Part shown: one piece after another, positions 62,813 through 64,000 of the stretch | Numbering within the stretch: position 1 is the first letter of the stretch | Layout of the letters: the number at the start of each line of letters is the position of its first letter | Assembly (NCBI GenBank): GCA_963827235.1 | Contig: CAWHAE010000020.1 | Coordinates: 160,001 to 224,000 of the forward strand | Origin: an uncultured bacterium | Lineage (GTDB): Bacteria; Chloroflexota; UBA5177; JANWHV01 | Direction: 5' to 3' | DNA length: 64,000 nt | Notes under the pieces: generated by a model | What the model saw: only the letters and a program-made list of their open reading frames with translations | Databases searched by the model: none | Told to the model about the DNA's origin: nothing | Position numbers and translations under genes: made by a program

Positions 62813-64000
62813 TCATGCCCGCGGCGTCGCCGCGGCAATCCCGCTCTCGGCGGCGGACTGCCCGCCGATCGCCCGCAGGCGGGCGGTGATTCCCGGCAGC
62901 ACTTCCAGCAGACGGTCGACGTGTTGCTCCTCGCTGGTACGGCCCAGCGTGATCCGCAAGGCGCCGGCGGCCAGGTCGCGCTGAAGACCAAGCGCGAGCA
63001 GCACGTGCGACGGGTCTATCGAGCCCGCTGTGCAGGCTGACCCGCTGGATGCGGCTATCCCGTGCATGTCGAGGTTGAGCAGCATCGATTCGCCGTCGAC
63101 GCCCGCGAAGCAGAAGTTGGCATTATTCGGCAGGCGCTGCTCCCGGTGCCCGTTCAGCGTGCTTCCCGGAATCCTCGCCAGCACCTCGTCGATGAGCCTG
63201 TCCCTCAAACCGCGCAGGCGATCTGCTTCTTCATCCATCGAGTCGCACGCCACGGAGAGCGCGGTCGCCACGCCCACGATGGAGGCCACGTTCTCTGTGC
63301 CTGCGCGCCGGCCGCGTTCCTGTCCGCCGCCCTGCTGCCCCGGCAGCCAGGCCGTGCCCCGCCGGACATACAGAACGCCGGCGCCCTTTGGGCCGTAGAA
63401 CTTGTGAGCCGAAAGGCTCAACAGGTCCACGCCCAGGGAGTTGACGTCGAGAGGCAGATGGCCGGCCGTCTGCACGGCATCCGTGTGCACGAGGACACCG
63501 CGCGCGTGAGCTATGGCTGCGATCGCGGCCAGTGGCTGTATAGTGCCTATCTCGTTGTTCGCGTGCATCACCGACACCAGCACGGTAGTGGGCCGCATGG
63601 CTTGGGCGATTGCCTCGGGGTCGACCAGACCATCGCGCCTTACAGGCACGAACGTAGTCTCTATGCCGAACCGCTGAAGCCACTCGCACGTGTGTAGCAC
63701 GGCGTGGTGCTCGATTTGCGTGGTCACCACGTGGTTCCCACGCTCACGATTCGCCCACACCACGCCCTTGATCGCGGCGTTGTCACTCTCCGAGCCGCCG
63801 CTCGTGAAGATGAGCTCGCTGTTCCTGGTACCGAGCAGCGACGCAACCGTACCGCGCGCCCGGTCCATCGCCTGGCGCGCCGCTCGAGCCTGCGTATAGA
63901 GGCTCGACGGGTTGCCGAACTGCTCGCAGAAGTAGGGCATCATGGCCTCGACTACGCGCCGGTCGACAGGCGTGGTCGCGGCAAAATCGAGATAAATCGC
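62813..64000 (-). CDS. iscS: Cysteine desulfurase (IscS/NifS type); start lies just beyond the window
   Basis: IYLDFAATT at the window edge, FGNPSS, IEHHAV, SAHKFYGPKG (PLP Lys), SSGSACT (catalytic Cys). Confidence 0.93.
   Translation of the reverse strand, partial: AIYLDFAATTPVDRRVVEAMMPYFCEQFGNPSSLYTQARAARQAMDRARGTVASLLGTRNSELIFTSGGSESDNAAIKGVVWANRERGNHVVTTQIEHHAVLHTCEWLQRFGIETTFVPVRRDGLVDPEAIAQAMRPTTVLVSVMHANNEIGTIQPLAAIAAIAHARGVLVHTDAVQTAGHLPLDVNSLGVDLLSLSAHKFYGPKGAGVLYVRRGTAWLPGQQGGGQERGRRAGTENVASIVGVATALSVACDSMDEEADRLRGLRDRLIDEVLARIPGSTLNGHREQRLPNNANFCFAGVDGESMLLNLDMHGIAASSGSACTAGSIDPSHVLLALGLQRDLAAGALRITLGRTSEEQHVDRLLEVLPGITARLRAIGGQSAAESGIAAATPRA

Overview
GC-rich bacterial chromosomal segment. 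It looks Chloroflexota-like (inference from the solitary gyrB ending ...AKSVRNLDV, a GAAC-N4-GTTC SOS box and the small-protein families present). The right end is housekeeping: tRNA-Phe/tRNA-Gly, gyrB, plsX and a cysteine desulfurase. The middle holds a sugar-utilisation locus (GH30, a YtfQRT/YjfF-type ABC transporter, a divergent YesM/YesN-type two-component system with an orphan SBP), a ROK plus PIG-L pair, tRNA-Cys and tRNA-Leu(UAA). The left 40 kb is accessory DNA. It contains a translationally coupled TerY-P triad (vWA, PP2C, Ser/Thr kinase) extended by a fourth gene: a cytoplasmic protein with a small N-terminal helical domain and 17 alternating 23-aa beta-helix repeats, which is the best candidate for an undescribed system. 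It also contains a csoR-copA-copZ operon whose copA has about six single-base indels, a zinc-ribbon PrsW pair, several secreted proteins, a double-XRE STAND regulator and many gene remnants. Non-coding structure seen by eye: a decayed copy of tRNA-Leu with its downstream flank about 8.4 kb from the intact gene, a three-copy dispersed intergenic repeat, CsoR/LexA/AraC-type operator candidates and short tandem repeats. No CRISPR array, rRNA, integrase or transposase was recognised. All calls come from motif reading, not database searches.
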